A stretch of 64,000 nt of DNA from Girardia tigrina (lineage: Eukaryota), in assembly GCA_001938485.1 (NCBI GenBank), contig MQRK01213793.1, positions 18,349 through 82,348 on the forward strand, given 5' to 3'. A program made the translations under genes and the position numbers. Positions 1-13,656 of this stretch are shown one piece after another (the stretch's first letter is position 1; each line of letters begins with the position of its first letter). The notes beneath the pieces are model-generated. The model worked only from the letters and a program-made list of their open reading frames with translations, was not told the origin of the DNA and did no database searches.

Positions 1-999
1 ATTTGAAGTTTCTATGTGGTCTAAATGCTGAGATATAGGCAAAAGTAAATGGCCCATTCTTGACAAGATGAAATACAGTGAAGGTATATGAAAAGTGCTT
101 AAAAAGCCTTCAAAAATAGATTTCTAAATTCCCATATATAAATATATATATAGGAAGCAAGCTAATATAAAGCATGGAAAATGTATTTAAATGAGTTTGT
201 TGATAGTTACTTTGATTTTTACAAAGAATTCTCTTTTAGGCTCCATAAATAATTTTACATTAATAAAATCATTTAACGATATAACTGTTTCTTATGCGAT
301 ATTTATAGCATTATTTTGATTTAAACAAAAATTTTTACTACAACAAAAAATTCTATGTATAATTTGAAAAATAATTATTCACCTTAAGAACACCGAATGG
401 GGATACGACTGTTACTAAAATAGAAAACTATTTCAACACCCATTTCTACTTCCAGTGGAAAAACTGCTACAATAAAATATTACCAAATATGATGAATAAT
501 TTATGATTATCAGTTAATGTGGCGCATATGCTCACTTATCGTTTTTTTCTTTTCCATTCAGAAAGAGATTACTTTTGAAAAAAATATCAAGGTGTAGAAA
601 TAGACTGGTACTCTTATAGAGTAGGGAGCAACGTATAAAAATATGAAACATATTTTAAAGAAATCTGAAATTGTAAACAAATTTTAAAACAATTGTGAAT
701 TATTAAAATTAGTAAGCTAATTAAGATTGATTTTAGTGATTATTAATTTCGTCTGTTTAACCGTCATCTTCAAAACAACTGACTTTTTAAAAAAAAAGAA
801 AGTTACTTATATATTGTCGGCCATGGTTATGTAATCAATACGTCATCAATAAATCATTTTAAAACTCTTAATAAAGTTGCTGAAAGTTAATTTTACGATC
901 CAAAGGTTGTATATATAATGTTTTCTATTTCACTTTCTCCCAATAATTCTAAAATTGAGTACACAGAATTTTAAATTAATGGGTCTTAAATGTCCACTT

Positions 1000-2880
1000 T
1001 ACTAGGCTTTCAAAGTGCAACTGGACGAAAAAATTTTATGAATTAAATAAAAATTACGACTTAAAGGGATTTCTTGCTTGTTTTGCAATATTATGAATCG
1101 TTTGAATGGATATCGATAGTTTTATCAGAGAACAAAAATTGAAAATTGTCTCCGAGCGGTGAACTTCTCTAATCCAAATTTGTGCAATAAAAAAACCATA
1201 TCGTAATTTCAAAATTTACAAATTCAAAAACAAAATAGGGACAGACTAATTTTTAGAAAGATTCAAACAATGGCCGTTTTATGATTTGTCATGGCATTCA
1301 AAAGATTTTCGAAAAAAGTACAAATTAGTTGAGTGTCTCATTTGATTGTGGTGAGATTAATAGAAGCTCGATATTTTTTTAATTTTTACAATTTGCGCTG
1401 TAAAAATGAGAATTTGATAAAAATTAAAAAAGAAATTGATAATGCTTTTCAAAGATTTAAAAATAGATCTTTGGTTAAAATTTTCGAAGTTACGGAGCAC
1501 TATGAGCCACCAAAAGAAGAAATCAACTAAGAGTGCGTTTATTTGGATGAATGTTTTAGTGTGATTACTCTAATATTGTAGAAATCCAATAATAATTGTC
1601 TTCAAGGGGGGCGCATATCTATGTGCTCGGATGCACCCGAATCCCTTTCCAGACCCTAACTCTTAAATAAATATCCGTAGTTTTTGGTGTTTGGTTCGTG
1701 ATCTGCGATTGAATTCATAATAGAAAATATTTATTAATAAAACAATTAACGATTTTTCAAACAAATTTATGATGTTTTCTTATTTCGCACAAACCAGATA
1801 TCAAAATTGCTAAATATAAATATCAATATATAAATTTTAATTAGATTATAAATATTTATGCGTTATTTCTTACAAATTTTAATATTATAAATTTGCTACT
1901 TTATTGTTTACTTTCATCAAATTTAAACTCCTAATATTTTAATCATCATTTTAAAAAAGTTTGTACATAGTATTTTACTTTAGTTATTTAGCCATACGTT
2001 AAAATATTAAAATAATTTTAGAGTTTTATTATTTGATTTTATTTGATTTTTAAATTTTCGAGTTATTCTTTATTTTAACTTGAATTATGAAATAACTTAT
2101 TTTTTTAAATTCTATTTTTACAATTATTTTTGAAAACATGTTATCGTATAAAATTATTTTCAATATAAATCTTAATAACTTTTATTTTTAAAAATTTAAA
2201 CTTATTTAGAAAACATGTTTTAATTATAAAAATTCTTCTGAATAAAATTCTGATTTTATCTATTTTAGATAATTTTAATTTTCAAATATTCAAAGAAATT
2301 TGAAATTCGCGAAATCCTAACATTTGAAAAACGTTTAAATGCTAATAATGAATTTTATGAAATATTTACTACAACTTTCATTATTTAAGAAAATTTTGAG
2401 GTACCTTTAGAGCTTCCGCTCTTAACTAAAATCTAGAAAGGAAAACCAATGTTCCATATTCTTCTTCAAAAGAGTTCTTCATATTCCAATGTTGGACTCA
2501 GAAATTACAAAAATAGAAACTAGATTTCCTAAAATTTCACTTAATTCATGTTAATTATCATTTTCCTGCCAATTTTCTACACATGAATTGCATATGTAAT
2601 AATATTGAAGTTAAAATATTTTTGTAAATGTTATGCTTTTTTAATTACAATAGATGCATAGGAGTCAAACAATCTAAAATTGCAGAAACGAATCATTGAG
2701 AAAAAAAGTGGATATCTTGAAATGAATCTAATACTTCAGATACCGGTAAAAACGTTACAAAACTGTGAGACAAACATAAATTTGTTAATAAATGAATTGC
2801 TAAAAATATTACTGACTTTAGCCATTAATATTGCGTTCAGCTGAAGGAAGCTTTATTTCGTTGTGTCAATTAAAATATAA
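1000..2880 (+). mobile_element. Highly decayed hAT-type transposase remnants interrupted by an AT-rich dispersed repeat (~1690 onward, also seen at ~10185-10340)
   Basis: ELLKILLTLAINI.SAEGSF-like hATC dimerisation remnant at ~2790-2870; the block ggttcgtgat...caaacaaatttatga...ccagat recurs at ~10190. Boundaries approximate. Confidence 0.35.
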
Positions 2881-3601
2881 AGCATATGTAAGTGCACTTT
2901 ATAGTTTGTATTTAAAAAAAACTGTGTTATTATAATTTGTCGTTCATGTTTTAATTTTGTTACATTTGAATGCGCTTTTTATTGAAAATGCTTAATTGTA
3001 TATATTCTTTCGGAATGCATAAAATATAATTTTATGATAATGTTACATTATATATTATTTAAAATAATTTTTTACTATTTTGAGATATCTTAATCATTAA
3101 ATAATTTGTTATAGTCGTACTTATCTTTTCGTATCCATGCCCAAAATAACATTAGCAAGAGGTGCATAGTCATTTATTTGTGCTGCTACTCACAATATCT
3201 TATAAATTGCAAATAAAATTATATATTTTTTAAATAAAATATCTTATAAACAAATTTTTTAAATTTGAAATAGTTATTTTAATTATAAAAGACTTTTGTT
3301 TAAAGAGAGAATTTGGAAAACGTAATAACAAGTATATTATGTTTGATAATGAATTTTATTAATTTATATTTTTGGTTTAAATTGGAATCGCCCCACTACA
3401 ATCATAGTCTGGACAAGCCGATGGTTGGAGCTATCTTAAGCATATGATTATAATTATGATTATTATGTTCCAAAATTATGTTTTTTGTATATAAGACGTT
3501 TTTGTGAAGATGCATATGGTAAATATGTCTTGTGTATGCATGTAATTTTTTATTTGAGTGAAATTTATTTCTATATTTTGTAGATATATATTAATTATTA
3601 A

Positions 3602-3857
3602 CCTCTTGTGACCGAATGAATCAAATTCGAAAAATATTTTGGTCGCCAAATTAATCATACCCTGTAAAGAAACTGCTGTAACCTATGGTGTCATATTCTT
3701 GACATTGAATAGAATAAAATAGTACTAAGGAGATTAATTAATTAAAACTTAATTCATTTTTTTAAAATTTTTACAAACATCTTAGTTTAATGACTTTTAA
3801 CCAAAAAACTAATTCATAATTTTTATACATTTATATCATAATTCAGGTCACAAGAGG
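3602..3857. mobile_element. piggyBac-type MITE
   Basis: TTAA|CCTCTTGTGACC ... GGTCACAAGAGG|TTAA. Confidence 0.8.
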
Positions 3858-4063
3858 TTAAAGATCTATATCAATATACACAAGATTCATTCTGAATACT
3901 TAGTCTATTTTTAATTCATTTTAACATATTAACTTTCATATATAAATGATATAATTAAATGAAACGGGTGTATAATTGGAAAATAAATAATTAATATTTA
4001 CTATGTAACAATTATAAATTGATTATTAAATAATCAATGATATTATAAAACAATGTCAGTTTA

Positions 4064-4609
4064 ATGCCTTTTAAGCTAAAACTTCCCTCTTTCTTGAAAA
4101 GATACAAAAACAGCAGCAACGGACCACCAGGCAAGGATGAAAAGTACAAATTTCCACCCCCAAGGCTTCAAAAAGGGATTCAATTTTCAACGCGCGCCAA
4201 ATCTAATGAAAGTCGAATCCGAGGAAACGAGAAGAGAAACTCGAAAATTCTCGGAATTTCCAGCATCGATTTAATGCCTCACATTCCAATGGTTAATGAG
4301 TCTCTGGTTTATGCGAATCCAGTTCTCGATCCATCGAAACGAATGAATCTCATTTCCAGAAATCAGAAAATCGATATTGAGTTCGAAAAGAGCGATAAAA
4401 AATCAAGGCGTCTAAACAAAAGCACAGAAGAAATATCGGACATACTCGGGATCAGTGTGGTCGGTGCGAATTCCTACGAAGATTTTGTCAATGTCAGTTC
4501 AATTCCGTCTGAGAAGTCCGATGATTCTATGGTGTCGAATTTACCGAACGATATAAAAATGTGGATCACTAATGGTTTGAGAGATACATCGAAAAATAGT
4601 TTCAAATGA
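4064..4609 (+). CDS. Intronless ORF, 181 aa, unknown function
   Basis: ATG-to-TGA ORF, GC/CpG-richer than flanks, AATAAA at ~4737. No recognisable domain or TE motif. Confidence 0.6.
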   Translation: MPFKLKLPSFLKRYKNSSNGPPGKDEKYKFPPPRLQKGIQFSTRAKSNESRIRGNEKRNSKILGISSIDLMPHIPMVNESLVYANPVLDPSKRMNLISRNQKIDIEFEKSDKKSRRLNKSTEEISDILGISVVGANSYEDFVNVSSIPSEKSDDSMVSNLPNDIKMWITNGLRDTSKNSFK

Positions 4610-5238
4610 TTTCTATAAATTCAGTTTAAATTTCGTTGTCAAAGAAGTTTTATTTGATTGATGAATTTTGATGATTTCAGTTTTTTTAGAATTTAGAAAT
4701 TCATTGTTTTTTTAATTTCGTTATTTATAGTAAAAGAATAAATTTTTCGATCTTATTGTGTGATAAATGAATTTGATCCTTTTGATCATCTCGCCACTCG
4801 AAGATACCAAACAATGTTGCAATTGAAAATACAATTTCCTGAAAAAGTGTCTTCAATATCACCTGTTATAATATATTCAATGTTTATTTAACTATTTTTT
4901 TCTTCATTAATGTATAATGTTTTCTGTCATATAATTAAAATTTTATGTTAGATTTTTATATACATAAACATACAAGGGATAAAAAAAACGAAGCGTTCCG
5001 AAATAAAAATCTCATCGTCAGGTTACTCCATACTATTTAAGAAACAATTTATACGGACTATACAATGATTAAAAAAATATTTTACCAATAAATCATTGGA
5101 TTACAATGAATTTATCTCATTTTTCTTAAAAATTAAACGTGATCAATTCTATTCATTGGCCGTTATCCATTGCTGTTTGAGAAACTGATATGTTTACTCT
5201 ATTGTTTTGTGATTTACAAGGTAACAAAGACATAGGAT

Positions 5239-8200
5239 CAGTGTTTCTTTCAGCCTAACGGTTTTGAGGGGGAACCTCGTTTTCTAGGATGTGTTAGAAT
5301 TTAGTTGTTTTTTAATTGATTGCATGTGTTGGTATTACAACTACACAGTTAACCTTGATATACAATAAACAGGTCAACACAAACACCAAAGGTTAAAGAT
5401 TTATTAGTAACTAATGCACAATATAGCATTAACACATAAAAGGGACGTGAATTCATCTCTCCTTTTGTCTATACCCAATTCGAAGAATTTCTCATTATTC
5501 CTCGTCAGAAAGTGTATCCTTTCCCTCGATAGAAATGAGCATACACACTTCTAGATTTGTCAGAGTCGCTGTCTAAGTCGAGTTTTGATTTAGTTCATAG
5601 TACTTAAGGACCTCTCGATTTTAGGCTTACCCAAAGGACACAGGAGAATAATAAAAGCTAATATTGAAAGATTTGGAAAGGTGCCGATTTTCACCCTGCT
5701 CGTGTTGACCAGAGAGCGCAGAACTTCACTAGAGGATGGCACGTTGTTTTCATTCGGAGAATGGCTATGTGATTTCGGAAAACGTTAAACTCTTCAATCA
5801 CATCCACAACAATATGTTCAAGGAATGGGTGACTCTTGCAAATTGTTCGCAATTGTGCACGAGAATTCGGAACATCTGTAGAATTTTGGCGTGGATCAAA
5901 GATATATGTAGCTGTGCACATGGCAATCACCTTTTCAGAAAATCTGGAATCCATGCTGTCAAGTAAACATTCAATAAATTGATTAATCCCTTTGGTGTGT
6001 AATCTGCCTTCCTCTGCATTGTTGTCTTCAATAAGTGCTAATAAATTCAATTGAAGGAAGAGAGTGACATCATATTTATAAAGTGGTATATCTCCTACAT
6101 AGTGGCAAGTGTATCTGTCATAGTTTGAAGCTGCTTTGCCAAAATTGAGAGAGGCTGAAAAATTCTTTTCAGAGCGTGTGGAATTATAATTCTTTTGTGA
6201 GTTTGAAGTGTCAGTAGAAAGGCACCAGCATCTTAGGATAAATCACCACTGTTGGCATAAATTTCTTGCAAAGTTACTATGATAGCAAGCAGACATTTGG
6301 TTGTTGCTGAAACACATTGATTGTGTAATGTCCATCTTGTGTCTCCTGCTCGTAGGAGGTCTACTTTGGGGACATCTAAGATCTCTTGAATTTACGATGG
6401 TTTTTGGGACTGTTATAAAGTAGCCGCCAAGACTATTAAAAACAGAAAAAAATTTCTTTATGTCCCTGTATTTATGCGCTGCATATATACACAGACAAGC
6501 TGCAACAGATGACTTCGAAAATGAACGTAGACTGCATCTTTAGTGTGGTATTTGATCATTTGTCATTGTGTTCCATTTTGCTTACTATACATATTGCTGC
6601 TCCATCAAAGGACAGCCACTTTACATGTTGGCATTGGACTTCAAGATTTCGAAATGCGAGCAGAATCGCTTCTTTTATTGTAGTTGCCTCTGCAGTTTCC
6701 AACTCCTGCAAACTTATAAAGATTTCTTTTGGCTCACCATTAAAATCAAGATAACGAAGACAAACTGACTGAGTAGTTCTTCCTTGCAGATCAGTCGCCT
6801 CATCGGCCATGACAGACAGACAGGGCACACCAATATTGAATGGTTTCAGTTGTTTTTTTTAAAAAAGCTAACATGTGTTCTTTGAAAGCAACAGGAAACT
6901 CACAAGGAATGTTGTGGGGTACATAAATAGCATTTTAAGGACAGAGCTCCTGTCATTGCTTCATGCGCCCACTACCATCTAGCTAATTACACAGATCCTG
7001 CAGTCTATCATACTTTGTGGTGTGCGGTATTTCCTCTATAACCAATAAATATGCTAACATTAAATAGTCTATTAGACGATCTTGGTTCTGTTGCATTACT
7101 GATTCACTTGTTACGGGTAATTGATCGAAAACAGTTCCAAATCTTTTTGGCTACTTGGAAGCATTCTGCTTAACGATGCGCTTGTGATTCGGAATATTTC
7201 AGTAGTTTATTGTTTTTGGAAGAAGATCCTGTAGCCTTCTTTAAATTAGTAAAGGGTTGACTGATAAAAGTTCCATTAGAACCTTTACAATATTCTTTAC
7301 AAAATACAGAGCAGTTATCCGTAGTTTACCATGGATGTTCATCATTGTATTTTTGATGCTTTCGCTTCTTTGGTGGTGGTTCGACAGGAACATCATAAAA
7401 ATTGACAGGATCATTAAATGAAGTTACTGAAACTTGAGTTTGTTTGGTAGAAGAGCTAAAATCCACAATGGCATAGATTTTAGTAAAATAATTAAGTAGA
7501 TATGTGGCAGGTCCCTTATTGGAAGTCATTGATGGTGTATCTTTGTATCTGTGTAAATAAGACTAATACTGAATGATGACAGAGCGTGAGCAGCGTGGCT
7601 GCAGCATCATGATGCGAATGGAGAGTGTTCGGGTCGAAGGGAAGGATAATTTAATACTTTTAATTTATCGCCGCCACCATTTTGCTTTTGGTCGGTCTCG
7701 GGAATCATCGCAATTCTATCGATGATTTTTGAACCGGTTGCAGCTGTTGTCATCGGAATCGTCGCGCCCCTCTCGACAATCGCTGCGATCACGATCAAAT
7801 CGACTGTTCCGATTAGCACCGAATTCATTTGATTTGCCCCCATTGTCTTTATCATAATCGGTTCCATCGCTATCGTCTTTGTTATCAGTAAACTTGTTAT
7901 CGCGATTATTATATCGTTTTGGATAATCATTCTCATAATCATTTTTTGACTGATAGCGGCTTCCTTCAACGTCGTTATATTTATTACTACTACTAGTATA
8001 TATGTTCGTTTGTTCGTCATCACTGCGAAGTCCGTTATCGTGGCGATTCTAAATTCAATTTAAAGTAAAAAAACAATTTATGGCGCCTTATCCAAATTAA
8101 AACAACATTCGCGCCAGAAAAAAATTATTAATTCATTTAGACAACGAACAAGCAATTCAATTTTCAAAACATTCATTGAAAGAAATAAACTGTCATAAAA

Positions 8201-8284
8201 TATTCACATAAATTTTAATTTTTACAAATAGTTATTTTACAATTAGATTTATTATTATTTTTCTTTATTATTCGCGAAACACTG
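5239..8284 (-). mobile_element. Decayed hAT (Tip100/ZMYM1-type) DNA transposon
   Basis: TIRs CAGTGTTTC (5239) / GAAACACTG (8276-8284). Frameshifted transposase: TTF-zinc-finger-like HPW...VFCK (~7300), SVMADEATD...CLRY...SFDGAA (6556-6828), hATC remnant ~5550-5700. 8-bp flanks do not match. Confidence 0.8.
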
Positions 8285-10811
8285 AAGTTAACACTGAGGA
8301 CTGACAATGCAGTACAGTTGCTTCTCTTCAAAATAATGTAGGAAAGCGGTGGAGGATAAACTATAAACTTATTAATTATTATAAACTTATTTGAGTGTCA
8401 TTACATGAAATGGCTGACAAAATATAATTGGCCACTGTCTCACTGAACTATGGATAGCATATATGTGTGTGCGATACACACCCACTGTCACCAGTGATGC
8501 CAGATCATGCGGGAAATTTCGTAAAACAGCTGGAATTGCAGGAAAAAACTGAATTGTAGCGGGATTTTTTTCCATCGTGTAAATGATAAGTGATTGGTAA
8601 TGTTTTTTTCTTAATGAAATGGAAAAAGTAAAAACTTTCATACTTTTAATGCTCACGTATACTATTTATAACCCCGCATTGTTTCTCCTTTTTAGAAATT
8701 CGTACAGAAACTCATCAGTTAACAATCTTTTTACAATTAACTATGATTTGTAATGTATGCTTTTCTTCTTCATAAATATATAATTTCTGATAAAATGACT
8801 GGGTATAGTGCTTTCTGTTAATTTATGTTATATATTGACTTTTAGAGTAAACGAATCTCAGTATTGCCAAACATGTTTTGTGTTTTATTTTTATTTTATA
8901 CATTTTTTGTGATAACTTATTTTATTATTCTCTCTACTCACTTTATAGTCTAATCGATAATTGAGTCCATTAATCTTTTTGACACATGGTAAACCTTTTA
9001 CAGTATTTGAAAATTCTTTAACGAAGAACTTAAAGAAACATTTTAGACTACACTGGAATTCAGATATTTCATATCTTTTTCCCAGTTTTATTGCAGTGAA
9101 ATTGATTTTTTATATTTTCTCGATACTTCTATGTTTGGTTCATCTCTTATTTATAAACCTGAAAGCCTTCTAATAATATCACTTGGAACTATTTAACTTA
9201 ACATTGATCTTTTTTATGAGAGCTACACAAAACATTAGATCTACTGGTTTACATTGCCCTATATGCCTCTTTGTTTCTAGAGCCCCTTTTAGCATTGCTT
9301 ATCCTAATACAATGGTATACGCAGCGTCCTCAAGCCAAATGCATGTTTTCTCAATTTTTCTGCATTGGAACACTGATTTATGTAGCGTACTAATAGGATA
9401 ATCCGTGAATAAATGAAAAAAAGATAAATTGATTGGTTTAAACATAAGTCTAATACAGTATGGAATGATACTATGATTGGAAGGTGTTTACAGTGCATTT
9501 CTTATTAATCGGAACACCGTGATTTTTGAAAATAATATTTCTCATTTTTATGCTATTTTGAATGAGCAAACCAAAGGAGGACCCCTTTTCAGTAAGACTG
9601 GTTAAATAAGATTGGTACTAATGGATTGCCATTTAATACGTGGTTGAGCCCAGTACAAGATGATAAAGACAGTGCACATAGTACAAAATGCAGCAAAAAT
9701 TTTCAACTGGAAATTAGCGAAATATATGCCGTTTCTTCCCAAGCAGAAGGGAAAATCCACGAGAACAATTGCTCGCATAATGCAAGATGCGCCTCTGCTG
9801 AAATTTATTAGTACTAGCACCCCTGGCTTCTCAAAACCTAAGCATATTAAATGAATTACAACAATGAAGGCACAATTGAGGTGCTGCATCCAATTCGTGG
9901 ATCATGACTTCCCAGTCCAGGCTGCTAATCACTCAGAATTCTACCAACAATTGTTAGGAGTTTAGAATGGCGAAAATTACCGTTGACACTTGGATCACGT
10001 TGAGTGGATTTTTAGAGGCCACCAAACAGACCTGATGTATGTTTCCTGTGGGCGAAGAACTTTTAACAAAAGGATATAACTGGTACGCTTCCTGTAAAGA
10101 GCGCATGAAAAAGGAATAGCATAAAGCTACCGAAAAAGCCGCTGCAATTGAACACAAGCGAAAATTAGAAGAACAAGTTAGAACTATTGGGTTCGTGATT
10201 AAAATTCAAATTCATAATTTGCAAACTTTATTTCTAATACAACTTTCATTATTCAAACAAATTTATGAGGAACAATATTTCAGTTAGATAATCCAGATCT
10301 TAAAATTCTAAATATAAATAATAATATCGATATATAAATATATATAATAATTCAGTTCTTTGATTATCATATTGTTGGCGTCTACCCTTATGATATATTA
10401 ACAATAAAATAATAACACAATAATTTTTTAATAATATTTATTGAAATAAATTTTCAATATAACAACAAAAAGATAAGCATCAAACTTATTTAATATGATT
10501 TTAATTGTGTTAGGCCACCAATTTTAATGTAACCTAACTTATTATTTTAGGGTGACTTGATTACTATTTTTATGTAATCAAGTCAAATAGANNNNNNNNN
10601 NNNNNNNNNNNNNNNNNNNNNNNNNNNNNNNNNNNNNNNNNNNNNNNNNNNNNNNNNNNNNNNNNNNNNNNNNNNNNNNNNNNNNNNNNNNNNNNNNNNN
10701 NNNNNNNNNNNNNNNNNNNNNNNNNNNNNNNNNNNNNNNNNNNNNNNNNNNNNNNNNNNNNNNTATAATTTTAGTAAATAAATTTAAGTATTATTTAATA
10801 TGCACAATCCC

Positions 10812-10816
<5 letters not shown>

Positions 10817-10853
<37 letters not shown>
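10817..10853. repeat. (TA)n microsatellite; others at ~26877-26907, 37981-38022, 43538-43578, 51511-51548, 51646-51682
   Basis: Directly visible dinucleotide runs. Confidence 0.95.
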
Positions 10854-10859
<6 letters not shown>

Positions 10860-11589
10860 AAAATGAAGTATTCGACTCTTTATCAAGTTAGGGTCGAATA
10901 CTTTATTTCTTTTATCGTATTAAATTAAATCAGCACAGGTCAATAGACAAAGTATTGATGGATTAATTTTGTTTAATTTCAACAAAAATGATTATGACAA
11001 ATGAATAAATTAACTACAAGTGTTAATGATAACAACTTCTAATTAAAATTAAAATAACTCACGATCACAACGTTCGATATAAGTTTTGGCAATTTTTGAT
11101 ATAAGTTTTGACAACTTTTTTTGACGATTTTTGATATCAATTTCGATCAGTATAGAATAGACGTAGTCAAATGGTGTTGAGATAAACAGTTGGCGATATT
11201 TGAGTTTCTTTTTTTTTCATTTATTTAATTATTAGCGACTTTACTTCAATCCACAGTTAATACGTTCAATCGGTATTCATAATCACATAATCGTAAATTA
11301 TCATTTAATTATTTGTATCGATTTTTTTTAAAATTTTTAATTATCCCTTGGCGATATTAATTAATTAAACAATAATAACATCAAAAATAGTTGAAATTCG
11401 AATTAATGAAGTTTGTAAAAGTTACTGACATCGAGGATACATTTTTTGAACTTTCTAAATTGTGGATTTAATACATTTTTGCATTATAACTTCTCTGTTA
11501 ATATTCAATTTTAGTGTCACAACTTCGCCACACTAGTTAGATCACAATATTGGAGATCACATATCTCCAAGTTGTCGTTACGTCACCCA

Positions 11590-12951
11590 NTACCAACCAA
11601 ACATATCCGATAACACAATAAAAAAACTACATTAATTCGGAATATAATTCACACAACACATAAAGGAATCAAGGCACAACGCACACGTGCACATAAATAA
11701 GCAAAGTTCTGAACTCAACAATCACACATCACGGCTAACACGAGAATGACAAATGACAAACATTCTCTTTGGATAATTAGAACTCTATGGAACTTTACAT
11801 ATATGTTATTTTATTCAATTTTGCATAAATCATATTTTATTTTTGTTTTATTTACAATGTTTATTAATTGAAATATAAATTTAGATCTTTAAAAATATTT
11901 TAATGGACATATCCTTTAAAAATTCAATTCCTAAATAATTTTTCTTTAATTTTAAATCATTCGATTATAAATTATTTTTTTAATAAAACTTTCCCATTGA
12001 CAATTAAATTCAATAAACATTATGATTTTATTTTAAATAATGTTACAAGATATATCAAAATCTTCTTTACAATATTCTCTAACTCCGAAGCTGTTATTTT
12101 AATTGTGAATTTTTAAAACTTAATTTTTATAAAAAATTGTCCTAATTTAATTAAAATATTATCATTACACTATATTTTTTTACAAAAATTATTTCAATTT
12201 AATTAGTCGAACATTATTTTTAATTTATCTAAAATATAAATATGATTTTTAATTTTAAAATATCAAAAATTTAAAGTTCACCAAAAGGAACACCAACATC
12301 CCCCTCGTTTTTAAAATTATTGAATCTTTCAACATTTCGAATAAGTTGTCTACCATTTTTGTCTTTCAACTTGAAACTTCTTTCGTGAATTTTTTCTATA
12401 ATTTCATTAGGGCCCTCTAATCTATCTTCTCTTTTCGTTCTATTTTCTTTTTGAATCCAAACCTTTTCGCCAACCTTATAAATTCTTCGTGTTTCATTTT
12501 CCTCTGGCTTACTTTTCTCTTTTAGTCTTATTCTGGTATCCTCCAGGTTTATTTTGCTGTTATCATACCACTTTTGTCTATATATTTTCTTCTCAAATAC
12601 GACTTCTGCTGAACTGCACCCTATCGTCTTTTGTTTCGTTGCATTTATAGCAAATTCCGCTTCCGGTAATATGTCTACCCAACTTGTAGCATTTCTTTCT
12701 TTCAAACTTGCCTGTATGAATTCTCGTATTGTCCAAAACTGCCTTTCAATTATCCAATTTGTGTTATGGTGATATGGGCTAGAGAAAATCAATTCGATAC
12801 CTTTTGTTTCCAACATTTCTTTTAATTTTTTCGCTTCGAAACATTTCCCGCAGTCTACGTGGATCTCTTTTGGTGCTCCAAATTTTAATTTCCATTTCTG
12901 TAATATCATTTGTACTATTGTCTCTTCATCTTGTCTTTTAATTGCTGTCAA
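11590..12951 (-). mobile_element. 3' fragment of Gypsy LTR retrotransposon: integrase core/C-terminus, PPT and 3' LTR
   Basis: FGAPKEIHVDCG...SSPYHHNTNWIIER...EGP integrase motifs; polypurine tract AAAAACGAGGGGGA followed by TGTTGG (LTR start ~12299). Left boundary approximate. Confidence 0.85.
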
Positions 12952-13110
12952 AAAAAATTAATTTCTAGAAATTTTCCGAAAATAATTCCAGCTAAAAATA
13001 CACTCATAGGTTTATTTTCGGAGGAATCTGGTGTCTCAAATCCGAGACAAATCTCTGTAAAGTTTATAATAAAAAATAGTTTTTCTTAATGTTCTGTTAA
13101 TAACTAAATA

Positions 13111-13272
13111 CAGTTGAGTATGTGTAAGTTGAAATTGTTAGGCCAGTTAAAATGTTCGAGTTAGGTGGGAAATTATTTATTCTTTTTAATGGCATATATT
13201 TTCGGATTTTGAAAAACTTCGACTAAAGACGAGAATCGATGTAACCAAGTTCGAGTTATTCGTACTCAACCG
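13111..13272. mobile_element. Tc1/pogo-type MITE
   Basis: TA|CAGTTGAGTA...TACTCAACCG|TA imperfect TIRs. Confidence 0.65.
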
Positions 13273-13656
13273 TATTAGTAATTGCATTAAAATATTAATA
13301 AATAATATTACAAAAATTTTTGAAAATATGATACATTTTAATATATAATTTTATATAATTCAAATAAATAGTGAAATTTAAAATAAATTATAAATATTCG
13401 GCAGTAAAGTATGCTTGTGAGGCGTTTGAACTTTTATAACTCAATTGCCGAAGAAAAAAATCGAAATGATTTTTCTTATTCTAAAGAAATCCAAATCTTT
13501 TGGAAAAGGTTTTTTTGTGAATGATAAATATAAATTATATACAATTTTAATAATAAAATTCATATTCTTCAGTGAATTTTAGTAGTCAATTTAATAAATC
13601 TTCATTAAATGTATTTCTAATGATACTTTCCATTAAAAAGTATTTCATACACCAAG

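Noticed and set aside
7607-8023. 138-aa I/M/T-rich ORF in the ORF track
   Set aside because: Off-frame shadow of the D/N/R-rich frame (GAT/AAT codons read as ATG/ATA).
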